Source: a bacterium (lineage in GTDB: Bacteria > Actinomycetota > Acidimicrobiia > Acidimicrobiales > CATQHL01). From it: DNA of 64,000 nucleotides. Made by a program: the position numbers and the translations under genes. Under the pieces are notes generated by a model. That model was not told the DNA's origin. It ran no database searches and saw only the letters and a list, made by a program, of their open reading frames with translations. Location: contig JAPONU010000255.1 of assembly GCA_026713745.1 (NCBI GenBank), positions 8,371 through 72,370 on the forward strand. The letters are read 5' to 3'. Shown piece after piece: positions 53,117 through 63,349 of this stretch (positions within the stretch are counted from its first letter, which is position 1; each line of letters begins with the position of its first letter).

Positions 53117-54037
53117 TCAGGATTCTTCCATGAGTTCCCGGAGTTCGGTCCCCAGACCGCTGCGGCGCAACCGGGCCAGCGTCCGGGCCTCGATCAACCG
53201 GAGCCGCTCCTTCGTGACGCCGAATTGGCCGCTCAGTTCGGCGAGGGTGCGGATGCGGCCGTCCACGAGCCCGAAGCGCAGGCGCAGCAGCCGGCGCACG
53301 CGTTCGTCCTCCACTGCGGCGAGCGCCTCGGTGGCCGCCTCGCGCACTGCGGCGCTGTGCAGCCGTCGGATCACCACGTCGTCAGGGCCTACCTCCGAGC
53401 CGTCCGAGAGCACCTCTCCCAGTGACGTGTCCTCGCCGACCGGCGACTCCAATGAGACGGGCGAGGCGCGCAGCTCGCGTACCTGCGCCACGTGGTCCTC
53501 GGAGATCCCACATCGATGCGCCACCTCGGCAACCGTCGGCGGGCGGTGATTCTCTCGCTCCAACTCCTGCTCCGCCCGGTAGATCTGCGTCGCGGCGGCC
53601 GCCAGATGCGACGGCATTCGCACGACCCCTCCCTGGCTCTTGATGGCGCGGAGCATGGCGCTGCGGATCCACGATCCCGCATAGGTCGAGAACCGCCAAC
53701 CCTTGTCCGGCTGGAATCTCGCCGCCGCCGCCATGAGCCCCACGTTCCCCTCCTGGACGAGATCGGCGAACGGGACCCCTCGCCCCTGGTAGCCGCGGGC
53801 GAGGTAGACGACGAGGCGCAAGTTCGCCTCGGTGAGACGGCACCGCGCCGCCTCGCCCTCCCGCACCTTGCGCCGAAGACCGGGCCGGCGCGCTCCCTCC
53901 GGTTCCCCGTCGCCATCCAGGATCGCCTGGGCAGCCAGCCCCTCCTGCACCTTGCGGCCCAACTCACACTCCTGCTCGGCGCTCAGCGGCGCGACGCGGC
54001 CGATGCCGTCGAGGTAGGTGGTGAACCCCTCGGTCAT
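53117..54037 (-). CDS. Sigma-70 family RNA polymerase sigma factor (RpoD-like regions 2-4, no region 1.1; group 2/3-like)
   Basis: Region 2 (LRLVVYLARGYQGRGVPFADLVQEGNVGLMAAAARFQPDKGWRFSTYAGSWIRSAMLRAI), region 3 (VRMPSH) and region 4 (LRLRFGL..GRIRTLAELSGQFGVTKERLRLIEARTLARLR). ATGA overlap with the dnaG stop. Confidence 0.9.
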   Translation of the reverse strand: MTEGFTTYLDGIGRVAPLSAEQECELGRKVQEGLAAQAILDGDGEPEGARRPGLRRKVREGEAARCRLTEANLRLVVYLARGYQGRGVPFADLVQEGNVGLMAAAARFQPDKGWRFSTYAGSWIRSAMLRAIKSQGGVVRMPSHLAAAATQIYRAEQELERENHRPPTVAEVAHRCGISEDHVAQVRELRASPVSLESPVGEDTSLGEVLSDGSEVGPDDVVIRRLHSAAVREAATEALAAVEDERVRRLLRLRFGLVDGRIRTLAELSGQFGVTKERLRLIEARTLARLRRSGLGTELRELMEES

Positions 54038-55983
54038 CGGCGGGAGTCTCCGGGGACGGGTCCGTCCGGCGTGAACCCCTCATCGCTACTCGAGATCGGC
54101 AAGTCCTCGTAGAAGCGCTCTTCATCGGCGGCGGACAGGGCCTCCGGCGGCTTGCCGGCGAGGCCCCCCGATGGACCGGTTGGAAGCGGCGCTCGCGGCT
54201 CGGTACCGGGCAGGTTCTCGATCAGCAGCCCCGCCAAACGCTCTGCGACCTCGGCGGACCAGTTCTGCTCGCGCAACTCGGCACGGGTGAGTTGCACCTC
54301 CGCCAGGCGCGGACCGAAGCTCGCGTCACCGGCGGTACGCGCCGCCCGGCTGGCTTCACGTATCCAGCGGGACGCGGCGTCGAATGCGAACCGCCCGATC
54401 ACGTGGTCGGCATGGTCGGGTGCCTCCCATACCGACAGCCTCGCCAGGGAGGCCGCGGCCTCACCCTGGGCCACTCCGGCCAGTTCTACCAGCGGTGCGC
54501 CGTCGGCAACGAGGCCGAAGATCGCGCCGTGGAGTTCCGAGGCGAAGAACCGAGCGGTCACCCAGGCGGGCAACTTCTCTCCTGCATGCACCCGCAGCAG
54601 GAGGATCTGCTCTTCGATCGTCGGCCCGGCCGGCGAGGACGGTTCCGCCGCCGGTGCCTGCAACTCGACACCGAGCCGCCGCTTGCGACGCCATTCCGCC
54701 ACAGCATGGCGGAGTCGATCCTCATTCAGGTCCAGCTTGTCGGGCGCCGCCACCGCCATGAGGTATTCGTCCCGCACGAGCTCGCTCGGATGCTCCTCAA
54801 TGACTGCGAAGGTGGCTTCGGCGGCGCGAACCCTGCCCTCGGCGGTGCTCATGTTTCCCCGTCCCAGCGCACGGTTGACCCGGTACTCCAGGAATGGTTG
54901 CGCCCCCGACACCCGCTCGCGCAGGTCCTGGGGATCCCGGCGCGCCAGGTCGTCGGGATCGGCGCCCGGCGGCAGGTCGGCCACGTACACGTCGAGTTGA
55001 TGGGTGCTCTCCCACTGGTAGATCCGCTCGGCCGCAGCGGAGCCCGCAGCATCGGCGTCGAAGGCCAGCACGATGCGGTCGCAGAACCGCCGCATGGTCT
55101 TGACGTGATCCTCGGTGAGTGAGGTCCCGCAGGTGGCGACAGCCTGCGGCAATTCGGCGGCGTGTAGCCCGATCACGTCGGTGTAGCCCTCGCAGACGAT
55201 CACCTCGCCGGCGCGCACCATGGCATCCTTGGCCCAGTTCAGACCGTAGAGAAGGCGGCTCTTGGCGTAGAGCGGGGACTCGGGTGTGTTCTTGTACTTG
55301 GGTCCGGGCCGGTCACCGGCGTCGGGCAGGATCCGACCGCCGAACCCCACCGCGTCGCCGCGCGCGTCGAAGACCGGGAATAGCACCCGGCCGCGGAAGT
55401 TGTCGATGAGCCCGCCGCGTGAACTCACCACGGCCAGGCCGGTCTTGGTCAGGTCCTCCGCCGAGGCCTTCGAGCGCAGCGCCGCGCAGAGCGAGTCCCA
55501 ACCGGACGGTGCCCAACCCACCTTGAATTTCCGAACCTCGTCGCCGGTCAGGCCGCGGGAGCGCAGGTAGCCGCGCGCACCGCCTGCGTCCGCGTGCCCC
55601 AACAGCCGCTCGTGGTACCACTCGACCGCCGCGGCCACCAGCTCGGTCAACTTCCGGCGTCGCCCGTGCTGCGCCGCCTCTCCCTTGCTGTCGTAGTGCA
55701 GGGTGATGCCGGCGCGGGCGGCGAGGACCTCCACGCCGGCGACGAAGTCGAGGCCCTCGGTCTGGCGCACGAAGGTGATGGCGTCGCCCGAGGCACCGCA
55801 GCCGAAACAGTAGTAGAGGCCCTCCTCGGCGTTCACCGAGAACGAGGGGCTCTTCTCGGAGTGGAACGGGCAGAGCCCCTGCCAGCGCCGCCCGGCCTTG
55901 CGGAGGGCCACGGTGTTGCTGATGAGCCCGACGATGTCGGTCGCCTCGCGGACACGGACCACGTCCTCGGAGACAATGCCCAT
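54034..55983 (-). CDS. dnaG: DNA primase
   Basis: Zn ribbon GLCPFHSEKSPSFSVNAEEGLYYCFGCGASGD, then the TOPRIM region VIVCEGYTDVIG...VLAFDADAAG. Confidence 0.95.
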   Translation of the reverse strand: MGIVSEDVVRVREATDIVGLISNTVALRKAGRRWQGLCPFHSEKSPSFSVNAEEGLYYCFGCGASGDAITFVRQTEGLDFVAGVEVLAARAGITLHYDSKGEAAQHGRRRKLTELVAAAVEWYHERLLGHADAGGARGYLRSRGLTGDEVRKFKVGWAPSGWDSLCAALRSKASAEDLTKTGLAVVSSRGGLIDNFRGRVLFPVFDARGDAVGFGGRILPDAGDRPGPKYKNTPESPLYAKSRLLYGLNWAKDAMVRAGEVIVCEGYTDVIGLHAAELPQAVATCGTSLTEDHVKTMRRFCDRIVLAFDADAAGSAAAERIYQWESTHQLDVYVADLPPGADPDDLARRDPQDLRERVSGAQPFLEYRVNRALGRGNMSTAEGRVRAAEATFAVIEEHPSELVRDEYLMAVAAPDKLDLNEDRLRHAVAEWRRKRRLGVELQAPAAEPSSPAGPTIEEQILLLRVHAGEKLPAWVTARFFASELHGAIFGLVADGAPLVELAGVAQGEAAASLARLSVWEAPDHADHVIGRFAFDAASRWIREASRAARTAGDASFGPRLAEVQLTRAELREQNWSAEVAERLAGLLIENLPGTEPRAPLPTGPSGGLAGKPPEALSAADEERFYEDLPISSSDEGFTPDGPVPGDSRR

Positions 55984-56113
55984 GGTCAGCCCTCGCCGGT
56001 ACCGGCAGCCGCGACGACAGCGGCCGGCGATGTGCGGGCAGCGGTCATGGGGGCAAGTTACCAGCCGTCATTTTCGCCGCGGAGGGCCGCCGGCCCGCCG
56101 CGGCCCGGCGGAC

Positions 56114-57487
56114 TCAGCGGGCGAGCCGTTCGTGCAGGTACCCCACCAGGTCGTCAATCGCCAAGCGGTCCTGCGCCATCGAGTCCCGCTCCCGCACGGT
56201 GACCGCGCCGTCCCCCAGCGTGTCGAAGTCGATCGTCACGCAGTACGGGGTGCCCAACTCGTCCTGGCGGCGGTAGCGACGGCCGATGGACTGCGTCACA
56301 TCGAAGTCCACCATCCAGTGTGGCGTCAGGCGGTCCAGCACCTCCCGTGAGCGCTCGGTGAGATGCTCCTTCTTCGACAGGGGCAACACCGCCACCTGGT
56401 AAGGGGCCAAGCGGTGATGCAGGCGGAGCACGGTCCGGGTCTCGCCGCGCACCTCCTCGGTGTCATAGGCCGCCAGCAGGAAGGCCATCAGCGCCCGGGT
56501 CGCCCCCGCTGCGGGCTCGATCACGTGCGGCACGTAGCGCTCCCCCGAAGCGGGATCGAAGTACTCCAACTTCTCCCCGGAGTGCTCGGCGTGACGGCGC
56601 AGGTCGTAGTCGGTTCGGTTCGCCACACCCTCCAGTTCCCCCCAGCCCCAGGGGTAACGGAACTCCACGTCGGAGGTGGCGTCGGAGTAGTGACTGCGCT
56701 CGTCGGGCCCGTGGGGGCGCAGACGCAGCAGGTGCTCGGGGATTCCCAGGTCCACATACCAACCCAGCCGCTCGGCGCACCAGTACTCGTACCAGCGGGA
56801 GGCCTCGTCGGGAGGCACGAAGAACTCCAACTCCATCTGCTCGAACTCCCGCGTGCGGAAGATGAAGTTCCCGGGGGTGATCTCGTTGCGGAAGGACTTG
56901 CCGATCTGCGCGATGCCGAACGGGGGCCGCAGCCGGCACGCCCGCTGCACGTTGGCGAAGTTCACGAACATGCCTTGGGCGGTCTCGGGTCGCAGGTAGA
57001 CCTCGGCTCCCGTCTCGACGACCGGTCCGGCGTGGGTCCGGAACATGAGGTTGAACTGGCGAGGCTCGCTGAGGGCCCCCGTCGAGCCGCACTCCGGGCA
57101 GCGCTCCGGATCCTCCAGCTGATCCTCCCGGTGGCGATGCCCGCACTCGCGGCACTCCACCAGCGGGTCGGTGAAGCTCTCCAGATGGCCCGAGGCCTCC
57201 CAGATCGCCGGCGGCGAGAGGATGGCGGCGTCGATCCCCACCACGTCCGGGCGCATCTGCACCATGGCGCGCCACCAAGCGTCCTTCACGTTGCGCAGCA
57301 TGAGAGCGCCGACCGGTCCGTAGTCGTAGGTGGACCGGAATCCTCCGTAGATCTCCGCCGACCGGAAGACGAAGCCGCGCCGCTTACACAGGTTCACGAC
57401 GGCGTCGAGGCGTTCACCGTCCCCGCTGGGATCGGTATCGGCCACCGGGACATCGACGGTGGACTCCGGAGGTGCTGTTTCGACCAC
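56114..57487 (-). CDS. glyQS: Glycine--tRNA ligase (class II, alpha2 type)
   Basis: LCKRRGFVFRSAEIYGG..STYDYGPVG, FNLMFRT, YLRPETAQG, GKSFRNEITPGNFIFRTREFEQMELEFF, and the C-terminal anticodon-binding domain. Confidence 0.95.
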   Translation of the reverse strand: MVETAPPESTVDVPVADTDPSGDGERLDAVVNLCKRRGFVFRSAEIYGGFRSTYDYGPVGALMLRNVKDAWWRAMVQMRPDVVGIDAAILSPPAIWEASGHLESFTDPLVECRECGHRHREDQLEDPERCPECGSTGALSEPRQFNLMFRTHAGPVVETGAEVYLRPETAQGMFVNFANVQRACRLRPPFGIAQIGKSFRNEITPGNFIFRTREFEQMELEFFVPPDEASRWYEYWCAERLGWYVDLGIPEHLLRLRPHGPDERSHYSDATSDVEFRYPWGWGELEGVANRTDYDLRRHAEHSGEKLEYFDPASGERYVPHVIEPAAGATRALMAFLLAAYDTEEVRGETRTVLRLHHRLAPYQVAVLPLSKKEHLTERSREVLDRLTPHWMVDFDVTQSIGRRYRRQDELGTPYCVTIDFDTLGDGAVTVRERDSMAQDRLAIDDLVGYLHERLAR

Positions 57488-57496
57488 GCCCGCAGG

Positions 57497-58300
57497 CTAC
57501 CGGTGGGGCCGGCGCCCCCTCGCCTCGGCGTCGCTGTCGGGCACACCACCAACGGCGCCGAGCAGAGGCGGCACGCGCAGGCGCCGCTCGGTGTGCTGCT
57601 CCAGCACCGCCACGCCGAGCCGCTCCACGGCATCGGTGGCAGGCGAGGCCGGCCGCGCCAGCGCCTCGGCGAGTTGCCCCCCCAGGATCTCCCGCAGCAC
57701 GGCGATGGTCTCGACGTCCACTGCGGGCGCCGCAACCGGCCGGCAGCGCCGACAGGTCAAGCCACCGTGGGCGAGGTCGAGTGCGACAAGTTCGACACCG
57801 GAGTCGCAGTGCACACAGCCACCGACATCCGGCGCCACTCCTTCGAGCTGCGCCAGGCGCCACAGGAATGCGCCCACGCTCAGCGTAGAGGGGTGGGTCA
57901 CCAACGAACCCAGCCCACGCAACAACCGCTCGTAGAGCTCCGGAACCGGCGTCCGTTCCAGCGTCAACCGGTCGACGGCCTCCAGCATCGCCATCGCCCG
58001 ACCGAAGAGCGCCAGATCCTCCCGGAGGGCGCTCAACTGTTCGATGTCGCCCGCGCTGTCCGCACCGGTAATGGTGTCCAGCTCTCCCCGCCCGCGCCAC
58101 AGCGAGATTTCCACGTGACTCGCCGGCTCCAGACGCGACCCGAAGCGGCTGCGCGTGCGGCGCACCCCCTTCGCCACACCCCGGATCTTGCCGTGATCAC
58201 GCCCCAGGAGGACGATGATGCGGTCCGCTTCGCCGAGCCGGTAGGTGCGCAGCACCACCGCCCGATCACGGTACGGCCCGGTCCAGTCGGGAGCGCTCAC
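57497..58300 (-). CDS. recO: DNA repair protein RecO
   Basis: YRDRAVVLRTYRLGEADRIIVLLGRDHGKIRGVAKGVRR (OB fold) and the Zn motif CVHCDS...LTCRRC. GTG 58300; the ORF extension overlaps uppS. Confidence 0.88.
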   Translation of the reverse strand: MSAPDWTGPYRDRAVVLRTYRLGEADRIIVLLGRDHGKIRGVAKGVRRTRSRFGSRLEPASHVEISLWRGRGELDTITGADSAGDIEQLSALREDLALFGRAMAMLEAVDRLTLERTPVPELYERLLRGLGSLVTHPSTLSVGAFLWRLAQLEGVAPDVGGCVHCDSGVELVALDLAHGGLTCRRCRPVAAPAVDVETIAVLREILGGQLAEALARPASPATDAVERLGVAVLEQHTERRLRVPPLLGAVGGVPDSDAEARGRRPHR

Positions 58301-58334
58301 GGCGCGGCCTGCGGCAGCGAGCCCCGGCCGGCAC

Positions 58335-59054
58335 TCACTGGTCCACTCCTCCGAAGCGCCGCTCGCGTCGCTGGTACTCGGCAACCGCCTCGAACAGGTG
58401 GGAGCGGTTGAAGTCCGGCCACAGCACGTCGAGGAACACCAACTCGCTGTAGGCCGCCTGCCAGAGCAGGAAGTTGGAGAGGCGGTACTCGCCCGAGGTG
58501 CGAATAACCACGTCGGGATCGGGCATGTCGGAGGTGGCCAGATTGGCGCGGATGGTCTCCTCGGTGATCGCACGGGGCCGCGCCCCTGACGCCACGATCG
58601 TGCGCACCGCCTCGGTCAGGTCCGCGCGGCCGCCGTAGTTGAACGCCACGGTCAAGGTGAGTCGCCTGTTTCCGGCGGTGAGTTCGGCTGCCGCGTCCAT
58701 CTCGGCAAGCAGGCTCCGGGCGAGGCGGCTGTCCCTCCCGCCGATGAACCGCAGCCGCACTCCCCGCTCGTGCATCTCGTCGCGCCGCGCCGCCAGGATC
58801 GAGCGGTTGAAGTCCAGCAGGAAGCGCACCTCGTCGCGGGGTCGAGTCCAGTTCTCCGTCGAGAAGGCGTAGACGGTCAGCCACCGCACACCGATCTCCA
58901 ATGCCCCGTCGACGGCATCGAACAGCGCGTCCAACCCGGCCTCGTGTCCGGCGGTGCGTGGCAGGCCGCGCCGCGCCGCCCAGCGCCCGTTGCCATCCAT
59001 GACGCAGGCCACGTGCGCCGGGACGGCGGAGAGATCAACAGCGGGAACGCTCAT
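58335..59054 (-). CDS. uppS: Di-trans,poly-cis-(undeca/deca)prenyl diphosphate synthase
   Basis: HVACVMDGNGRWA, LTVYAFSTENWTRP, IRTSGEYRLSNFLLWQAAYSE and RRFGG. Confidence 0.93.
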   Translation of the reverse strand: MSVPAVDLSAVPAHVACVMDGNGRWAARRGLPRTAGHEAGLDALFDAVDGALEIGVRWLTVYAFSTENWTRPRDEVRFLLDFNRSILAARRDEMHERGVRLRFIGGRDSRLARSLLAEMDAAAELTAGNRRLTLTVAFNYGGRADLTEAVRTIVASGARPRAITEETIRANLATSDMPDPDVVIRTSGEYRLSNFLLWQAAYSELVFLDVLWPDFNRSHLFEAVAEYQRRERRFGGVDQ

Positions 59055-59260
59055 GGGATACCTGGTGGACAAGTCGGCACAGCGCCAATTCTCAGCTTCA
59101 TTTGTAGCAGTCACCGCGCCGCTTGGGTGCCCCCGCTCCAGCAAGACGCGCCTCACTGCGGCCCGTGCCGGCACCGCTCGGACCGGAGTCGCAATCACAA
59201 CGGACTGCGGCGAGGGCCGTGAACCCCGCTCGGCCGCGAGGCGAGCGGTACCCTGCGGGG

Positions 59261-61210
59261 GTGAGTCTCACCGAGCGGAGCCTCGCCCTGCTGGCAGCGG
59301 CGACAGGGGCGCTCGGCGAGGCCGGTGAGCACCGCCCGGGTCAGGAGCAGATGACCGCGGCCATCGCCGGCGCCTTCGAGAACGACCGTCATCTGGCGGT
59401 CGCCGCAGGCACCGGGACCGGCAAGTCGCTGGCCTACCTGATCCCTGCGGTCCTGACCGGCCGCCGAGTGATCGTCGCCACAGCCACCAAGGCGCTGCAG
59501 GATCAACTCGCGACCAAGGAGTTGCCCTTCCTGGCGGCGCTGGCCCGGACGCGGCAACTCCGTCCCGGTGAGCGGCCGTTCCGCTGGGCGGTGCTGAAGG
59601 GACGCTCGAACTACATCTGCCGGCAACTCGTCGCTGAGGCAACCCGGACAGGAGTCCAACTCGAACTGGGAAATCCGGGCGCGGCCAACGGTCCGTCGAC
59701 CGGTGGCGATCGCCGGGGCGGTGCCGGCGGGGCACCCGCGCTCGCCGCCGGTGAAGACTTGGCGCGACTGCTCGCCTGGTCCGAGGTGTCCGGGACCGGC
59801 GAACGAACCGACGTCGACTGGGAACTGCCGCCGGGACTCTGGGAGCGCCTCAGCGTCACCTCCACGCAGTGCCCCGGTCGCACGCGCTGCCCGCAGGGCG
59901 GAGCCTGCTTCGCCGAGGCCGCCCGGGAACGGGCCGACCGCGCCGACATCGTCGTCGTCAACACGCACCTGCTGGTCCTGCACCTGCTGGGCACTCCCCT
60001 GCTTCCTCCTCACGATCTGGTGGTCGTCGACGAGGCCCACCAGTTCCACGACACCGTCAGCGCCATCGCCGGAGTCACCCTCGGCGAGCGCAACCTGCGC
60101 AACGCCGGCCAGGAGGTGAACGCCGTGATCGCCCGGGCGGGAGCCCCCCTGGCGAACTCCGGCCGGCGCATCGCCGAGATCCTCCAGGAACACCACGGCA
60201 GGCGACTGCCCGCCGACGGTCCACCCGCGCTCACCGAGGCACTCGCCCTGGCGGGAAGCCGCCTGGCGGCTGCCGGCGCCGAGTTGCGCGCCACGCAGCC
60301 CGGCGACGACGACGCCGAGGCGCAACGGCTGCGGGCGCTCGGAGAGGTGTCGGCGCTGAGCGAAGCCGTTGCCGCGCTGCTGGCGCAACCCGACGGCACG
60401 GTGGCATTCGTGGAGGGCGCCGCGAACGCTCCCGAACTGCGCCTCGCCCATCTGGAGGTCGGCGGGCTCCTGCGCACACCTCTCTTCGAGGAGCGGACCG
60501 TCGTGATGACCTCCGCCACGCTGGGGGCCACCACACCCGCCGCACTGGGCCTCGAAACCGACGACTACCGGCATCTGGACGTGGGCAGTCCGTTCGACTA
60601 CCGGTGGGCGGGACTGCTCTACTGCGCCGCCCGCCTCCCGCCGCGCGACTCTCCGGAGTTCACGGGGGCGGCGATCACCGAGCTCGAGGCACTCGTCAAC
60701 GCCGCCCAGGGACGCACCCTGGCCCTGTTCACCAGCCATCGCATGCTCACCACCGCAGCCGGCGCTCTCCGGCAGCGCCTGCGTTGGCCGCTGCTGCGTC
60801 AGGGTGACCTCCCACCGCCGCAACTCCTCGAGCGATTCGCCGCCGACGATGCCACCTGCCTGTTCGCCACCATCGGCTTCTGGCAGGGAGTGGACGTACC
60901 CGGACCGGCATTGACGCTCGTGACCCTGGACCGGCTGCCGTTTCCCCGCCCCGATGATCCGCTGCTGGCGGCCCGGCGGGAGCACATCGGCGATGACGCG
61001 TTCCGGCTGGTGGACCTGCGGCGAGCCGGCATCCTGCTGGCGCAGGGTGCCGGACGGCTCATCCGCTCGGCAACCGACCGGGGTGTGGTCGCGGTGCTGG
61101 ACCGCCGTCTGGCCACCGCCCGTTACCGGACCGAACTGCTCGAAGAGGTGCCTCCGCTGCGGCGGACCACCAACCGCGACGAGGTGCTCGAATTCCTGGC
61201 CTCACTCTGA
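59261..61210 (+). CDS. dinG: DinG/Rad3-like ATP-dependent DNA helicase
   Basis: HRPGQEQM, AAGTGTGKSLAYL (Walker A), VVDEAHQF (DEAH), four Cys between motifs I and II (ICRQ, TQCPGRTRCPQGGAC) suggesting an Fe-S cluster, then LFTS, FWQGVD and QG.GRLIR. GTG 59261. Confidence 0.85.
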   Translation: MSLTERSLALLAAATGALGEAGEHRPGQEQMTAAIAGAFENDRHLAVAAGTGTGKSLAYLIPAVLTGRRVIVATATKALQDQLATKELPFLAALARTRQLRPGERPFRWAVLKGRSNYICRQLVAEATRTGVQLELGNPGAANGPSTGGDRRGGAGGAPALAAGEDLARLLAWSEVSGTGERTDVDWELPPGLWERLSVTSTQCPGRTRCPQGGACFAEAARERADRADIVVVNTHLLVLHLLGTPLLPPHDLVVVDEAHQFHDTVSAIAGVTLGERNLRNAGQEVNAVIARAGAPLANSGRRIAEILQEHHGRRLPADGPPALTEALALAGSRLAAAGAELRATQPGDDDAEAQRLRALGEVSALSEAVAALLAQPDGTVAFVEGAANAPELRLAHLEVGGLLRTPLFEERTVVMTSATLGATTPAALGLETDDYRHLDVGSPFDYRWAGLLYCAARLPPRDSPEFTGAAITELEALVNAAQGRTLALFTSHRMLTTAAGALRQRLRWPLLRQGDLPPPQLLERFAADDATCLFATIGFWQGVDVPGPALTLVTLDRLPFPRPDDPLLAARREHIGDDAFRLVDLRRAGILLAQGAGRLIRSATDRGVVAVLDRRLATARYRTELLEEVPPLRRTTNRDEVLEFLASL

Positions 61211-61241
61211 GCGCACAGGCCGGCGCGCCCATGGCACTCCC

Positions 61242-62096
61242 TCAACTGCAGTAGCGCTCCACGGCACCCGGGCGGTCCTGCCAGTTGGGATCCACCGCTA
61301 CGTGCAGGTCGAGGTAGGCGCCGGGGGGTAGTTGCCGGCGCACCTCGGTTCCCACGTGCTTCAGCACCGAGCCGCGGTGGCCGATGACGATGCGCCGCTG
61401 CGACTCTCGCTCCACGAGAATCTCGCAGCGGATGCGCGGCCAGTCCCACTCGGTGACGCGGGTGGCGATGGCGTACGGCAACTCCTCCCGCATGAGGGCG
61501 AGGAGTTGCTCCCGCACCAGCTCCGCCACCACCACCTCGTCAGCCAGCGCGCTCACCATGCCCTCGGGGTAGTACGGCGGGCCCGGCGGCATCCGCCCCA
61601 GCAGGTGCTCCTCGAACGCCTCGAGTCCCTCCCCTGTTCGCGCCGACAGCGGGAAGTACGCCTCCGCAGGCACTTCGGACACACGCGCCAGTTGCTCCAG
61701 CACGCGCGCCGGTGAGGCGGCGTCGATCTTGTTCACCACGACAACTCCGGTGGCGGGAAGCCTGTCGGCCACGAACCGGTCGCCGGGGCCGAATCGCCTG
61801 GTCGCGTCGACCACCAGGCAGGCCACGTCGACATCGCCGAGCGCGCCGGTGGCGGTGGCGTTCAGCCGAGTCCCCAGGGCCGTGCGCGGCTTGCCGATGC
61901 CGGGCGTGTCCACGAAGACGACCTGTACGCCGGCGCGGTGCAGCACCCCGTGAACGGCGCGCCGGGTGGTCTGCGGTTTGTCGCTGACGATGGATACCTT
62001 CGTGCCGCAGAGCCGGTTCAGCAGCGTCGACTTGCCGACGTTCGGCCGGCCGACCAGCGTCACGAATCCCGACCGGAGATCCCCCTGGTGGCTCAC
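61242..62096 (-). CDS. era: GTPase Era
   Basis: GRPNVGKSTL (G1), DTPG (G3), NKID (G4), then a C-terminal KH domain VERESQRRIVIGHRGSVLK. Confidence 0.95.
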   Translation of the reverse strand: MSHQGDLRSGFVTLVGRPNVGKSTLLNRLCGTKVSIVSDKPQTTRRAVHGVLHRAGVQVVFVDTPGIGKPRTALGTRLNATATGALGDVDVACLVVDATRRFGPGDRFVADRLPATGVVVVNKIDAASPARVLEQLARVSEVPAEAYFPLSARTGEGLEAFEEHLLGRMPPGPPYYPEGMVSALADEVVVAELVREQLLALMREELPYAIATRVTEWDWPRIRCEILVERESQRRIVIGHRGSVLKHVGTEVRRQLPPGAYLDLHVAVDPNWQDRPGAVERYCS

Positions 62097-63346
62097 GCCG
62101 GCGTCCCGCCGTCGAGTTCGGTCACGAGGACGCGGGCGATGCGGCGCCGCTGCACCCGTTCCACGAGAAAGCGGTGGCCGTTCACGTCGAGGCTCTCGCC
62201 CTCCTCGGGAACCCGCCCCAGCAGGGTGAAGATCAGCCCTCCCACGGTGCTCCAGCGGCCCGAGGGCAACTCCGCCTCGAGTGCTTCTGACAGCTCGCTG
62301 AGCGGGACGCGGCCACTCGCCCGGAAACTGCCGTCACCCAGCTTCTCCACGAGAGCGTGCTCCACGTCGAACTCGTCGGTGATCTCCCCCACCATCTCCT
62401 CGAGCAGGTCCTCCAGGGTCACCAGGCCCGCGGTGCCGCCGAACTCGTCGATCACGATCACGAGATGCGAGCGGCCCCCCTGCATCTCCGCAAGCAATTC
62501 GGCGATCCGTTTGGTGTCGGGAACGAAGCCGACCTCGCGCATCACCTCTCCGACGGGCCGGTCGTCGCCCTCATCGCGCACCGCCGCGATGAGGTCTCGC
62601 ACGTGCGCCAACCCAACGATGTCGTCGATTCCCTCGCCGTAGACCGGGATACGGGTGAGCCCGTTGAACAAGGCCACCTCGAGCGCTTCGGCAACGCTGA
62701 ACGTGCTCGCGATCGCCACCATGTCGGTCCGCGGCACCATGACCTCCCGGGCGATGGTGTCGCCGAAGGAGATCACCGACTCGATGAGACGGTGCTCCTC
62801 GGCTTCGATGCTCTCATCGGCGGCCGCCAGTTCGGCGACGGCCAGCAACTCCTCCTCCGATACCCCTTCGGGCTCGTCGCGCTCGCTCGGACCGAATCTC
62901 CCCGCCCGCTCCCGAAACCCGATGAGCAGTCGCAGCGGCGTGAACACCACCAGGATCCGCAGGAACGGGGCGACCAGGCGCGCCACCCTCTCGGGCTGGC
63001 GCATGGCCAGGGACTTCGCACCGACGCCGATGGCGACGTAGAGCACCACGAGCTCGATCGCGAAGGCGATACCCAGCGCTCCGGCTCCCCAGCGTCGCTG
63101 CACCAGGAACGCAACGAGCGTGGCAACCCCCAGGTGGCAAGCCAGGACCAGTCCCAGCACCAAGCCGAGGACCCGCCGGCGCCGCTCGAGAAGCCAACCC
63201 AGTGGGCTGGTCCCGGTGGGTTCCTCCTCGATCAGCACCTTGGCCTGGCTCCGGCGCAACCGGGTGAGGCTCGTCTCGGCGGCCGACAGCACGACCGCGC
63301 ACAGGGTCAGGACCGCCACCGCAGCGATGGCCGGAGCCTCGGGCAC
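62093..63346 (-). CDS. CNNM/DUF21 + CBS pair + CorC_HlyC domain protein (hemolysin-family / Mg-Co efflux-like)
   Basis: The N-terminal 4-TM DUF21 is followed by MVPRTDMV and a CBS pair. The C-terminus has IDEFGGTAGLVTLEDLLEEMVGEI and the transporter-associated domain. GTGA overlap with era. Confidence 0.88.
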   Translation of the reverse strand: MPEAPAIAAVAVLTLCAVVLSAAETSLTRLRRSQAKVLIEEEPTGTSPLGWLLERRRRVLGLVLGLVLACHLGVATLVAFLVQRRWGAGALGIAFAIELVVLYVAIGVGAKSLAMRQPERVARLVAPFLRILVVFTPLRLLIGFRERAGRFGPSERDEPEGVSEEELLAVAELAAADESIEAEEHRLIESVISFGDTIAREVMVPRTDMVAIASTFSVAEALEVALFNGLTRIPVYGEGIDDIVGLAHVRDLIAAVRDEGDDRPVGEVMREVGFVPDTKRIAELLAEMQGGRSHLVIVIDEFGGTAGLVTLEDLLEEMVGEITDEFDVEHALVEKLGDGSFRASGRVPLSELSEALEAELPSGRWSTVGGLIFTLLGRVPEEGESLDVNGHRFLVERVQRRRIARVLVTELDGGTPA

Positions 63347-63349
63347 CGC

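Noticed and set aside
59195-60985. 596-aa minus-strand ORF opposite dinG
   Set aside because: It is antisense to a helicase with Walker A, DEAH and motif VI signatures. This is a GC-rich open-frame artefact.
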